Shown in pieces: positions 30,837 through 40,297 of a stretch of DNA of 64,000 bases. Made by a program: the position numbers and the translations under genes. The DNA lies in IMG/VR virus record IMGVR_UViG_3300045391_006216, positions 1 to 64,000 of that record. One strand, 5' to 3'. Source of the stretch: a virus. The notes under the pieces are model-generated. The model saw nothing but the letters and a program-made list of their open reading frames with translations. It was not told where the DNA came from and ran no database searches. Numbering within the stretch: position 1 is the stretch's first letter; the number at the start of each line of letters is the position of its first letter.

Positions 30837-31761
30837 AGATGCCAATCATGACGTGGCAGCTGTAGCGGCGATAAACCACTAAACCAGCAAACTTGAAAGA
30901 ATAGGCACGATACACCTTAAAAGGGCCAACAGGTTGTAGTGGGCGTGGACGAAAAGCATCGGTGATTCTTGCTTTGAAACAATTGGGGTCGCGCTTATAA
31001 AAGATTGCCAAGTCTTCGCCATTGGGGCCAGCTTGTTCCAATTCAGCAAGTGGTTCGATATTCTTGATACTAGGGTTATTCTCTAAGAAAAAACGCAAGA
31101 CACTTTTTTCTTGGAAATCATTGAGTCGCAATTGAGACATTAAAAAGTCGTAGCGGCGCTCGGATAAAAGTAATGTATCGGGAGCCATTACTTTATTGGT
31201 GGCATTCTTCATACCTTGGACGCCAGCATTTAAAGTCGCAAGTATGGAATTGGCAGAAGTAACGCTGCCATCTAATTTATAAGGTGCTATTGAACGCAAC
31301 CAAGCTGGGTGATTAATAAAACCAGGATTGCCAGTTTTTTTGTCGCCAACTAGCAATAGTTTGTTCATTGTCTCAGTGTAAGCTTGCTGAACAAGAGAGA
31401 TTTTTTGTTCCTCAATTGGTATACCACGGTGTAATGTAGCTGCTATTTCATCTTCATCAAAATAATAACCAGAGCGATATCTAAAAGTACGTTGGTAGTA
31501 CTCATCGCCTACCATATCTACATAAGGTAAATTAGTAGTATCCCCAGTATCTAGCTCAAATGAGCCTACTCCGTCAATACTAGTAAAACTAGTAGTTTGT
31601 GCCCAAGGCGCGTTAATTTCTTCTATTTGAAATAACTTTCCTGAAGCTGCCTTATATTCTGGCAGCATTCGTTTCATCACTTCTGTTTCTTTTAATTCTA
31701 GTTGTTGCTCAAATGCCCCTACAGTTGGAGCATCTAAGCGAATTTGCGATGAAATTCCCAT
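30835..31761 (-). CDS. Major capsid protein (DUF2184-like, HK97 fold)
   Basis: 308 aa; LP.VD, Y....EI, N..LL.GD....PG.IN.P, PDTLLL, AG..G.D.AI.Y, AG...YR; synteny with protease and decoration genes. Confidence 0.85.
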   Translation of the reverse strand: MGISSQIRLDAPTVGAFEQQLELKETEVMKRMLPEYKAASGKLFQIEEINAPWAQTTSFTSIDGVGSFELDTGDTTNLPYVDMVGDEYYQRTFRYRSGYYFDEDEIAATLHRGIPIEEQKISLVQQAYTETMNKLLLVGDKKTGNPGFINHPAWLRSIAPYKLDGSVTSANSILATLNAGVQGMKNATNKVMAPDTLLLSERRYDFLMSQLRLNDFQEKSVLRFFLENNPSIKNIEPLAELEQAGPNGEDLAIFYKRDPNCFKARITDAFRPRPLQPVGPFKVYRAYSFKFAGLVVYRRYSCHVMIGI

Positions 31762-31779
31762 TTATTTTTAATTCCTAAA

Positions 31780-32646
31780 TTAAAGTTTAATATCGACTAA
31801 GGCAATATTTCTGCCGAAAGATTGTTGAGCGGCGGAAATGATTTTGATGTTGCTGCCAGCTGCTAAATTTCCGCTAGAAGTTTTGGTAATTTTACCTTCA
31901 TTACCTGCCGCAACTGCAATGTAAGGTGTGTCACCAATCGCTAAATCTGCATCAACTGTTTCTACCCAAACACCTTTATAAGTACCAATATTTTTTAAAA
32001 CATTCATTACAGTATCAAAGGCATATCCGTCTTTAGCAGCAGAAAAACGCCCTACTTTTTGGGTATATTGAGACGAAAGAGTTACACCTAAAACTTCGTA
32101 GCCAGAGGTGGCATCAATTAAAGTTGCTTGACTTACACCTTCTAAAGGATCGCGGGTATAAGTTGATTTCCGTCCTACAAATCGGCCAAAGGGAATAATT
32201 GCATTACTTGAAGTACTGACTGTTTTAGCGATCGCAATATCGTTGGTTGTATCAGCACTATTAGTGGTAACAAGAAGAGGAAGGTCTACAGTGCGTGCAG
32301 TCAGAGTAATAACAGAAGTACCAGTATTTAAGGCAACATCAACCAAACCATAAACAACTGGGTCTTGTTGAATTGCTGCATATAATCCAGAACCCAATTC
32401 CGCAGTTGTGGCGTTAGCATCGGTGATAAAACTGACGGTTGTGCCATTGATGGTAACTTTGTATTCTTTGGAGTTATCTACAGTAGCAGGAGGCGTAATT
32501 GTCACCGTATCAAAAGTTGCCACGCTATTAATGTGTGGCAAAATAGTGCAACTACCAAATCCAGACAACATGCCAGGTAGACCCGTTGGCATGTAGCGAG
32601 AAAAGTTTGTTTGCCCAGTAATGGCGGTATTAGATGAAAATGTCAC
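31780..32646 (-). CDS. Head decoration/cement protein with an inserted beta domain
   Basis: G.PGML, IPFGRFV, VLK..G.VWV; lies between protease and capsid. Confidence 0.75.
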   Translation of the reverse strand: MTFSSNTAITGQTNFSRYMPTGLPGMLSGFGSCTILPHINSVATFDTVTITPPATVDNSKEYKVTINGTTVSFITDANATTAELGSGLYAAIQQDPVVYGLVDVALNTGTSVITLTARTVDLPLLVTTNSADTTNDIAIAKTVSTSSNAIIPFGRFVGRKSTYTRDPLEGVSQATLIDATSGYEVLGVTLSSQYTQKVGRFSAAKDGYAFDTVMNVLKNIGTYKGVWVETVDADLAIGDTPYIAVAAGNEGKITKTSSGNLAAGSNIKIISAAQQSFGRNIALVDIKL

Positions 32647-32655
32647 TTTTTTGAA

Positions 32656-33972
32656 TTACCTACTTAAAGACAAAGGTTCTTGCCAAGCACTAGCTAATGA
32701 TTGAGCGCGTTCGTTTTGACGAGTTTCAGCTATTGAAGCACTTGGAATTCTTGCAATTTTAATCATGTCTTGCAGCGTGCTATCTGTATGTGGTTCTTCT
32801 TCCTCATCTTCTAATGAACTTTGTAAATGCATAGCATCAAAAAGCCCCTCCACCCAACCAGAAGAATAACCACTCAAATCTGTTTCAGGCAATAGTTCTT
32901 GTAAAGTTGAACGCCTGATTAAATCTGCATCTAAACCGTCAGAATCAAATCTTGAATCGTCAAAATTTTCACCTAATAACACTTCGGCTTTTCTTAAGGC
33001 AGAGACAATTTGAGCTACTGAATCAGTTTTTTTAGTTTTGCGTTTGGAAGGGAGTTGCTCTTCTTGTTCTTCTTGATTGTCGTCTTCTTCATCTTCAGGT
33101 TCTTCCTCCCATTCCTCATCAGGCATAGTTTTTTTGGATTTCTTACTTGCTGTAAATTCAGCAGAATCAGAATTCCAGGTATATCCTTGTTCTTCAAGAA
33201 TAGGGATGGCAGAATCAACAACTTCTTGATAAGCATCAGCGCGACCCATGAGGCGATCGCGTTCTTCTTCTAGTTGTTTTATTTGAGATTCAAGACTATC
33301 AAGTTTTAACTTCGCTTTTTCATATTCACTGATTTTTGCCCCAACTACGGAAGCAAAAATTTCTGGAATTTCGTCATAACTAACACTATCAATAGTTACT
33401 CTTGCCATAGGTTTTTTAAATTCTTGAACTTCAAAACCAACATCTTTATCCCCTAAGTCGCTATCAAAATGAATTGCAACTTCTTCACCAGCTCTACCTT
33501 TTCGAGTAATAGCAATGTGGTTAATTTCTAAATCTGTCTGAATTGCGTCGTATTTTTCACCTTTCCATACACCAGGACAATGAATAATATTGCATTTATA
33601 ACCAGCAGAAATTTGTACGGATTCTCTATCGCTAATGCTTTTTACAGTTTCGCTGTCAAGAACCGTAATTACTCCTCTTACGAAACCATTTTCATAAACA
33701 ACTGTGGAATCAGTTAACCCAACAGAATATTGCTTGGCGTTTTGGGAATTGATTAGTTCGCGTGGATGCTCAAAGGAAATTGGCTTTAGCCCAAAACTGG
33801 TTAAAGCTTGCTTGTTTGCTTCGGGAGTTCTCAACTCGCGGCGAATTGTGCCATCGAGATTACGATATTGCAAAACACCGTCTTTAGCAAAAGTTGCTTC
33901 AGCACGAAAATATCCTTCCGGCGTAAACTCATGTTTTTTTGTTGTTGTTCCGGCATCAAACCTAATCGCCAC
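32656..33972 (-). CDS. Prohead protease/scaffold (DUF2213-like)
   Basis: TPEGY, G...Y, LTSF..KP...EHP, ISAGY, G.W.G..YDAIQ....NHIAI..KGRAG; acidic coiled-coil C-terminus. Confidence 0.9.
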   Translation of the reverse strand: MAIRFDAGTTTKKHEFTPEGYFRAEATFAKDGVLQYRNLDGTIRRELRTPEANKQALTSFGLKPISFEHPRELINSQNAKQYSVGLTDSTVVYENGFVRGVITVLDSETVKSISDRESVQISAGYKCNIIHCPGVWKGEKYDAIQTDLEINHIAITRKGRAGEEVAIHFDSDLGDKDVGFEVQEFKKPMARVTIDSVSYDEIPEIFASVVGAKISEYEKAKLKLDSLESQIKQLEEERDRLMGRADAYQEVVDSAIPILEEQGYTWNSDSAEFTASKKSKKTMPDEEWEEEPEDEEDDNQEEQEEQLPSKRKTKKTDSVAQIVSALRKAEVLLGENFDDSRFDSDGLDADLIRRSTLQELLPETDLSGYSSGWVEGLFDAMHLQSSLEDEEEEPHTDSTLQDMIKIARIPSASIAETRQNERAQSLASAWQEPLSLSR

Positions 33973-34090
33973 TTTACGACCAAAAATTTTGTTGGACTTG
34001 CATAGATCCTAATTTCAATTATTAAAGTTTTAAAATTTTTGACGTTTCAGCAAAATATAATGGATTATTTAGTAGTACGAGGAATTAAAA

Positions 34091-34399
34091 ATGCCACAAC
34101 TAGCAGGACTGCCATTGCTTGAAAGCCTAGAAATTTACAGAATTATTGGAGAGAACGTCAAAGAAGTCCGTAAAGAAATACCTATGAGTCAACTGGAATT
34201 TGCCCAATATCTGGGAATTTGTAATGAATCATTATCGAGAATTGAGTCTGGCAAAAATCGTACTGAGTACGCGCTACTTAAAGATATTGCTAATATTTTT
34301 GGCGTTAGCACCGATGATTTAGCAATCAAAAATCAATACACTCAAATCAGAAGCGGGAATATAGAAGCAATTAGACTACGATTGAATATAATCGTCTAA
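34091..34399 (+). CDS. XRE-family HTH regulator
   Basis: IGENVKEVR...MSQ.EFA..LGI....LSRIESG....IA..FGVS.DDL. Confidence 0.9.
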   Translation: MPQLAGLPLLESLEIYRIIGENVKEVRKEIPMSQLEFAQYLGICNESLSRIESGKNRTEYALLKDIANIFGVSTDDLAIKNQYTQIRSGNIEAIRLRLNIIV

Positions 34400-34807
34400 A
34401 ATAGCTGTAATCTCTTCTTTATCATCAGTACCAACACCTAAAAACTCTCGTTTATCAACACCTATTCCCAATTGATGCTTTTTAGCTTTCTCATCATTGA
34501 CTCCTACAATACATTGATTATCACTGACTTGGTAGTTGACACGCGATCGCATTAAACCGGTGCTTTGAAGTATTTTGAGGATTCTACCTTTAGCTTGTTT
34601 TTCACGGAGTGTAAATGGCGCAAGAGGCTTCCAAGGGACACCTTGAGGATCGGTTTCAGTAACAAAGTGCTGATCTGTAGAATAAAGCATGTATTCGCCA
34701 ATATCTTGTAAAGCGGGGCGAAGATTACTAGTTTTAGCCAAAAGACGAGAAAAGCGATCGCTTACTTGTTTGTCAGAGTATGTAATTGAAAATATTAGAT
34801 CTGCCAT
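34376..34807 (-). CDS. Virion morphogenesis protein (Mu gpG / tail-completion S-like)
   Basis: IGEYML.ST..HF..E.DP.G.PW.PL...T, IL..TG.M, HQ.G...REFLG. Confidence 0.88.
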   Translation of the reverse strand: MADLIFSITYSDKQVSDRFSRLLAKTSNLRPALQDIGEYMLYSTDQHFVTETDPQGVPWKPLAPFTLREKQAKGRILKILQSTGLMRSRVNYQVSDNQCIVGVNDEKAKKHQLGIGVDKREFLGVGTDDKEEITAILDDYIQS

Positions 34808-34808
34808 A

Positions 34809-35282
34809 ATGAATGAAGTATATTACCCAAGAATAAATATAGTTGACAAAAGTGGTGAAGTTATTGAGCAGTTTGGTAATGAGGCTAGTAGCGACGATGC
34901 TTCCGCTACTAATCAACAAGCTCAGATTGTTTTAGAAACTGCGATCCGCGATCGACTATCCGGATTAGAACGCCCATTAATTAATGTCGTCTCTTCAACA
35001 GTCAGTAGCAGTGGAGACAATACAATTGTCGCCGCGCCAGGGGTAGGATTATCGATTAATATTGCCTATCTTAAAATCCAGCTTGAGGCAGCTACAGCAA
35101 CTACCGTATTGCTAAAAGGAAGTGGTACTAAAGAAAGGGTGCTTTGCCAAAATCAAGGCGATGGGCTTGCTATTAATTTCACTCAAAATCGAGAGTTAAG
35201 GCTGGATGCAAATACAGCTTTAATTCTTAATTTGTCGGGTGCAAATTCTGTAAACTATACATTTCATTACTTCACATCATGA
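34809..35282 (+). CDS. Putative virion structural protein
   Basis: ATG at 34809; beta-rich C-terminus (TIVAAPG.G..I). Confidence 0.6.
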   Translation: MNEVYYPRINIVDKSGEVIEQFGNEASSDDASATNQQAQIVLETAIRDRLSGLERPLINVVSSTVSSSGDNTIVAAPGVGLSINIAYLKIQLEAATATTVLLKGSGTKERVLCQNQGDGLAINFTQNRELRLDANTALILNLSGANSVNYTFHYFTS

Positions 35283-35737
35283 GTAAAATTACAATTCTTC
35301 AAACCGAACTAGAATCTTCAGAATATACAGTTTTAGTATCAAACCAAGACTATCCCGCGATCGCTAATTTGTTAAACAATAAACCGCTAATTGATAATCC
35401 AGAACCACAGGCAGACGTACCAACGCAGCTTAGCTTATTGGCTTTATTTGAAGCTATTACACCCTTAGAAGGTGCAGAATTTTTTAAAAATTATAACGGT
35501 AGTTTTATCAATAGAATTGAACAAGCTGTCAATGCGAACGACAGACAAAATATTGAAGCTTTGTTCGGTATCGTCAAAACTTTTATTTCTCAAGAAAGCC
35601 AAAATAATGTTACAGCTTTACTTGACCTTACAGAACCCGATCCAAACTGGCAACCTCAAGTCTTAGGACAGTCCAGGGCAGAAGAATTAGATATCTATCC
35701 TGTTAGCGCCCAAGAAGTACAAGAAGCGTTGAATTAA
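35279..35737 (+). CDS. Hypothetical protein
   Basis: Translationally coupled; C-terminal SRAEEL motif. Confidence 0.65.
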   Translation: MSKITILQTELESSEYTVLVSNQDYPAIANLLNNKPLIDNPEPQADVPTQLSLLALFEAITPLEGAEFFKNYNGSFINRIEQAVNANDRQNIEALFGIVKTFISQESQNNVTALLDLTEPDPNWQPQVLGQSRAEELDIYPVSAQEVQEALN

Positions 35738-36558
35738 TGTTGCTACTTAAAGGTAGTTCTCGTGTTCTAAAATCGAATAGCTCGGAAATACAAAGTTTTG
35801 CAAGCAGAATTACCGTCGCTGGGGGAAGTATTTCTAATGCTTCCCTAGAAGCAAATAGAGTTTTTTTGCAAACTTTAAAAAATAATAATATCCGCAGTAA
35901 ATTTTTAGAGATTGGCACTTTTTCAGGAAATAACTTAAATGGTGCTTTAGTAAAACTTATTTATCCTTCGGGCGTACAATCAACACTTACGAATTTTAAT
36001 TTTATTCTTTCTGATTACTCGGAAGTAACAGGATTAGCAGGAGATATAACAGGCACAAAATATTTACTTACAGGATTTATCCCTTCAATTCAATTATCTT
36101 CTTCTTTAAATGCCCATCTTAGTGTTTATGCTAGAAATTCGCTGAGCATTATGGGTGATTCTGTTCCTGCATATTTAGGTTCTAATTCGGGAGGTAATTT
36201 TAGAATAGAAAGAAGTGGAACGACGGTTAGAGGACTTTTAGGTTCTGGGTCTGAAATGGTAGCTTCAGTTACAAACACTACAGTGCCAGGGCATTTAATA
36301 ACTACAAATATAGCGGCAAATCAAGGGTATTTGATTTATAACGGATCTCAAGTCGGATTAGATACATCATTTATTGCTAATAGCTTATCACAAGCACAAG
36401 TAGCTGTTTTCAATAGTTATAGTGGCACTGGTTTTGGTAGAGGTTCTAATCTAATTTGCGGATTTTATTCGATAGGGTATGGATTAACAGTTTCTGAATG
36501 TAGTATTTTTTATAATGCAGTTCAAGTTTTACAAACTGCATTAGGGAGACAAGTCTAA
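35737..36558 (+). CDS. Putative fibre / receptor-binding beta-sandwich protein
   Basis: G/S/T/N-rich; GD...KYL.TG..P; C-terminal IGYGLT..E...FYNAVQ.LQTALGR. Confidence 0.6.
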   Translation: MLLLKGSSRVLKSNSSEIQSFASRITVAGGSISNASLEANRVFLQTLKNNNIRSKFLEIGTFSGNNLNGALVKLIYPSGVQSTLTNFNFILSDYSEVTGLAGDITGTKYLLTGFIPSIQLSSSLNAHLSVYARNSLSIMGDSVPAYLGSNSGGNFRIERSGTTVRGLLGSGSEMVASVTNTTVPGHLITTNIAANQGYLIYNGSQVGLDTSFIANSLSQAQVAVFNSYSGTGFGRGSNLICGFYSIGYGLTVSECSIFYNAVQVLQTALGRQV

Positions 36559-36582
36559 ATCAACAGATTTTACTAAAATAGT

Positions 36583-37254
36583 ATGAACAAATATAAAGTC
36601 GATTTACCTTACCCAATTCCTCAAAGGATATTGTCTTTACCAGTACAAAACGGTTACCCTGTGCCTTGGTTTGTTGCTCAAGTTGACGGAAAATATGATT
36701 TCCGAATCACGGACGGATCGAAACTAAAAAAAGCTGTAAATTTAAAACGGTGCTGGATTTGCGGAGAAAGGTTAGGGAGTCATTTAGCATTTCCTATTGG
36801 GCCGATGTGTGCAATAAACAAGACAATTTCTGAGCCTCCCTCACATACCGAATGTGCTGAATGGTCAATTAAAACTTGTCCTTTTTTAGCGCAAAAACAA
36901 GAGATTCGCAGAGAGACCAATTTACCCGAAGGAATCAAAGAACCAGGTGGGATTGCAATTGCACGACAACCAGGTGTAACTTGCCTTTGGGTAACCAACT
37001 TCTATAAAGTCGTTCAAGTCGCAAATGGAGTAATTTTTAAAATTGGAGATCCCCTAAAAATTAGTTGGTTTAGAGAAGGCAGGGAAGCGACAAGAAAAGA
37101 AGTCATGGAATCGATTGATAGTGGATATCCGATACTTCTTAATATGGCTATCAAAGAAGGGGATTTTGCAGTTAAAAATCTTGAGGCTATGCGACTTGAA
37201 GCTTTGAAGCTACTACCTGCTGACAGTGAGCAAATAGCAGTTTCGCAAAGCTAG
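36583..37254 (+). CDS. Conserved hypothetical phage protein, Cys/His-rich
   Basis: GYPVPWFV, CWICG, EPPSHTECA, CPFL. Confidence 0.75.
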   Translation: MNKYKVDLPYPIPQRILSLPVQNGYPVPWFVAQVDGKYDFRITDGSKLKKAVNLKRCWICGERLGSHLAFPIGPMCAINKTISEPPSHTECAEWSIKTCPFLAQKQEIRRETNLPEGIKEPGGIAIARQPGVTCLWVTNFYKVVQVANGVIFKIGDPLKISWFREGREATRKEVMESIDSGYPILLNMAIKEGDFAVKNLEAMRLEALKLLPADSEQIAVSQS

Positions 37255-39676
37255 GTGGTACAGAATAGCCGATAATCGACCCTGCGGTGGCAACTTCGGA
37301 TGGAAACTGATACCAACTAGGAAACCCTTGCAGGATTGCTGCTGCTTCGATAGTTAGAGACTTCACCATACCATTGGGCAGCCAGATATCGGCGAACTTA
37401 GTACGGTTAGATCCTTTATCGTCAGTGAACTGCGATCGCACTATAGTATTACAAGGTAAATGTCCTGGTTTATATTTGGGTTTTTTACTACGAATTCCAG
37501 TACGCTGGATGAGTAGTGGTTGGGGTGAATTAGAAATTAAAAATTCATCAACCACTTTTTGCTGACTGGTCAGTAGTTTGGAGTCGGGCATAGTGTAGAT
37601 GAGATGAGCAATTGCTTCATACCATCCAACTTGTTTATCTGATGGTGGGGGTAGTGGGATGTGAAAACCTTTTCCTGCCGTAAGTATCAGGCGTTTACGC
37701 GATTGGGGTAGTCCATAGTCTGCAAAGTTGATAATTTCGTAGTTGATTAAATATCCAGCAGATTTTAGGGAATCGAGAATGCTATCAAAGCTTTGACTTT
37801 CTACATAACCAGGAACATTCTCTAAGGTAAATATATTGGGAAGTAGTTCTTTGATTGATTTAGCTACTGCTTGTGCTGCCGATATATCTTCATTAGTTTC
37901 ACCTCGTTGTCCTGCTTTTGCCGTGTGGGATTGGCTAAATCTCGAACAAACTGAAGAATCGTGCAAGTAATCTGGATATAAAGGAAAGTCGATAAAACCA
38001 GACTCAGCAACTTGTTGAACCGTTTGCTGTATAACTTTGCAGTCCGGGAAATTTTGACGATGAACTTTTGTCATCGCACTGCTGAGTTTTGGTTTAGTCG
38101 GGTCGTGTTCCACTGCAATGGCTGGACGAATACCAGCTTCTACCATACCGGCTTCAATACCACCACCACCAGCAAACAGGATGACGGCACTAGGAGCGCT
38201 CTTTGGTAATGAGTTAGGAGTAATGGGTAATGAGTTAGAGGCTTTTTGTTGCTTGGCCCTAACAATGAAATTAACAATTTCTTCTCGACTAACTTTTTGA
38301 AACTGCATTGTGCGGATTTGAGCGATCGCAGTTATAGGTATAGACCCAATACTCCTGCCCTTCCAAGCACCGTTACGTTTCTCCTTCCAGTTAAAGCCCC
38401 AACGCCAATGGCTAGGGTTATTGGAGTCGCGCTCTCCAACAACACGAGGATAAGTGACCATAGATCCGTCATGAAGTTTTTTAGACTCCACATATTGATA
38501 TAGACATCCAACCGATTCGCTTTGATAATCCTCAATAGGTTTATCTATTGATTGTGTTTCTAGTTCATGCGTCTCTCCATTTTTTTGTTTTAATTGATTA
38601 ATTACGCCATTTTTTTGAGCCTGCACGCTGTACCAAAACTCAAATTGTTTATTCAAAGACAGATTCAAGGCCGAATAGCATCCCTGTTGTTGTTCCTCAA
38701 TATTTCTGTTCCCATCGCTCCAAACTGCTTTACAATACCTACTAGCAAGTTTCATCGCATAATTCGCATCCAAGCTAATCACGTTCATCTGAAAATACGC
38801 TAAAGCTTGTTTTTTAGGAGATCCGCCCAATAGATGAACAGGGCGTTCTCCAAACCACCTTGGATTAAGAGGCGTCGATCCATATGTAGAATCAACGCTG
38901 TAACCAAGCCAGTATTTTTCGGGTATGTCAACATCGCATTTAGGTATTATTAAAACCCTTCCTGAATATTGTGCTAGTTCTTCCGCTTGTCTTAAAATTT
39001 CTGGCAATAATTCAGGGCTAGTTACGTCTAACGCCGTTGCAATCAAAGGTTTATTATTTTTCACCATCTCAAGATGTTGATGGTGTTTATAATTTTTATA
39101 ATCATTATCGACCATCATCATGTGGCAATAGTATTTATTTTTACCACTACTGTTGATGCCTAAATTCCATCCAACCTGAAAAGCAATCGCATCGTATTTA
39201 CTTTTTCCACCACCTCCGCAGTAAAACAATAAAGGCAGTTTGATGGAATATCGCCAGTGATTAATGAGGCTTTTCCTGCCTAGTTGTACAGTTTCTAATT
39301 CAAAACCGAGTTTTTGATAAAAATTATTAGCAGATAACTTCTCAGGACATTTGAGAAAAACACTAGTTTTACCTTCTTCAATAGCTCTACAAATTACACG
39401 ATAAATCAAAAGCCGTCCCCATCCTTGGTTTTGATATTGGGATAAAACAGCCAGTTTTCGGATAGTTACTTGCTCATCTTTTCTAATGTGGTAATAACAC
39501 GCTCCTATTCCTTCAATTACCTCTATTTGAGATTCTGATAGTTCAATCGATGATGTGAATCCCCCTAACTCATTCCTAAAGCTGTTAAAAATAATTTGAG
39601 CCTTTGATATTTCAGAACTGATATTTTCGCTTAATTTTAAGACTTCTTCGGTTTTCTCTAAGAATTTATTGGGCAT
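37187..39676 (-). CDS. Fusion of a GNAT acetyltransferase, a DUF6610/TGT-like domain and a C5 cytosine DNA methyltransferase
   Basis: LAV...YQNQGWGRLL and ANNFYQKLGF (GNAT); IIPK...LGYSV...VHLLGGSP..Q...SLD (barrel-like); LFAGGGG, SVC, ENV, YGLPQSRKR, LQGFP, IG.SVPP (Dcm). Confidence 0.8.
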   Translation of the reverse strand: MPNKFLEKTEEVLKLSENISSEISKAQIIFNSFRNELGGFTSSIELSESQIEVIEGIGACYYHIRKDEQVTIRKLAVLSQYQNQGWGRLLIYRVICRAIEEGKTSVFLKCPEKLSANNFYQKLGFELETVQLGRKSLINHWRYSIKLPLLFYCGGGGKSKYDAIAFQVGWNLGINSSGKNKYYCHMMMVDNDYKNYKHHQHLEMVKNNKPLIATALDVTSPELLPEILRQAEELAQYSGRVLIIPKCDVDIPEKYWLGYSVDSTYGSTPLNPRWFGERPVHLLGGSPKKQALAYFQMNVISLDANYAMKLASRYCKAVWSDGNRNIEEQQQGCYSALNLSLNKQFEFWYSVQAQKNGVINQLKQKNGETHELETQSIDKPIEDYQSESVGCLYQYVESKKLHDGSMVTYPRVVGERDSNNPSHWRWGFNWKEKRNGAWKGRSIGSIPITAIAQIRTMQFQKVSREEIVNFIVRAKQQKASNSLPITPNSLPKSAPSAVILFAGGGGIEAGMVEAGIRPAIAVEHDPTKPKLSSAMTKVHRQNFPDCKVIQQTVQQVAESGFIDFPLYPDYLHDSSVCSRFSQSHTAKAGQRGETNEDISAAQAVAKSIKELLPNIFTLENVPGYVESQSFDSILDSLKSAGYLINYEIINFADYGLPQSRKRLILTAGKGFHIPLPPPSDKQVGWYEAIAHLIYTMPDSKLLTSQQKVVDEFLISNSPQPLLIQRTGIRSKKPKYKPGHLPCNTIVRSQFTDDKGSNRTKFADIWLPNGMVKSLTIEAAAILQGFPSWYQFPSEVATAGSIIGYSVPPSFAKLLFAHCQQVVASKLQVA

Positions 39677-39724
39677 AACAAATAGTTCTTTCTTTGGTAG
39701 CTATAAGTATTAGATTGGGCATTT

Positions 39725-40297
39725 TTATACATGTTTACTTTGACGCATCGATATTTTTCTAGCCAAGTCTTTGATTTGTGCTTTTGTTTCTTCTGGCATT
39801 GGTACAAATTCTTCTTGCCGCTCTGGTTTTCGTGGTGATGCAGATGCGGACGGTAAAAAATGAGAATCTTTATCAGAACACTGGCAATAAATTGTGGTGA
39901 AATTTTTTTCCATTTTTTCACGCAGTCTTTCCTCCGCCAAGCTGACCGCGTTTAACCCGCCAATTGCGTTTAGGGCTACTTTACCCCTGGCGGACAAATA
40001 AGCGATCGCTTCTTTCCTCCCAGATGCAGCTGATAGGACATCTTGCCATTCCCTGATTGCTTGTGCCTCTTTGCCACCATTGACAAAAGCAACAAGCTCT
40101 TTAGGAGTCGGCATAAAGCTGGGATGAGGCCTACATTGGATAATGGCTTGCTTGACGGATTGAGTCAATTCATCATCGGTCAAATTATCGCTAAGATATT
40201 CCTGCCAAATAGCTAACGCGCTTTCGGGCTGGATTTGCTTGCTGAAATAAGTTTGCAGCACAGCGATCGCTTTTTCAAATTTTTCTTGGGTAATCAT
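39725..40297 (-). CDS. Helicase loader/inhibitor-like protein (lambda P position, DUF6475-like)
   Basis: W...L.D.L, FMPTPKEL, AIGG...V, F...Y; directly downstream of the initiator. Confidence 0.65.
   Translation of the reverse strand: MITQEKFEKAIAVLQTYFSKQIQPESALAIWQEYLSDNLTDDELTQSVKQAIIQCRPHPSFMPTPKELVAFVNGGKEAQAIREWQDVLSAASGRKEAIAYLSARGKVALNAIGGLNAVSLAEERLREKMEKNFTTIYCQCSDKDSHFLPSASASPRKPERQEEFVPMPEETKAQIKDLARKISMRQSKHV

Noticed and set aside
30835-31761. Encapsulin nanocompartment
   Set aside because: It is accompanied by portal, protease, adaptor and terminase, so it is a phage capsid protein
12177-36558. Contractile injection system or tailocin
   Set aside because: No sheath, baseplate or spike recognised, and a full head module is present
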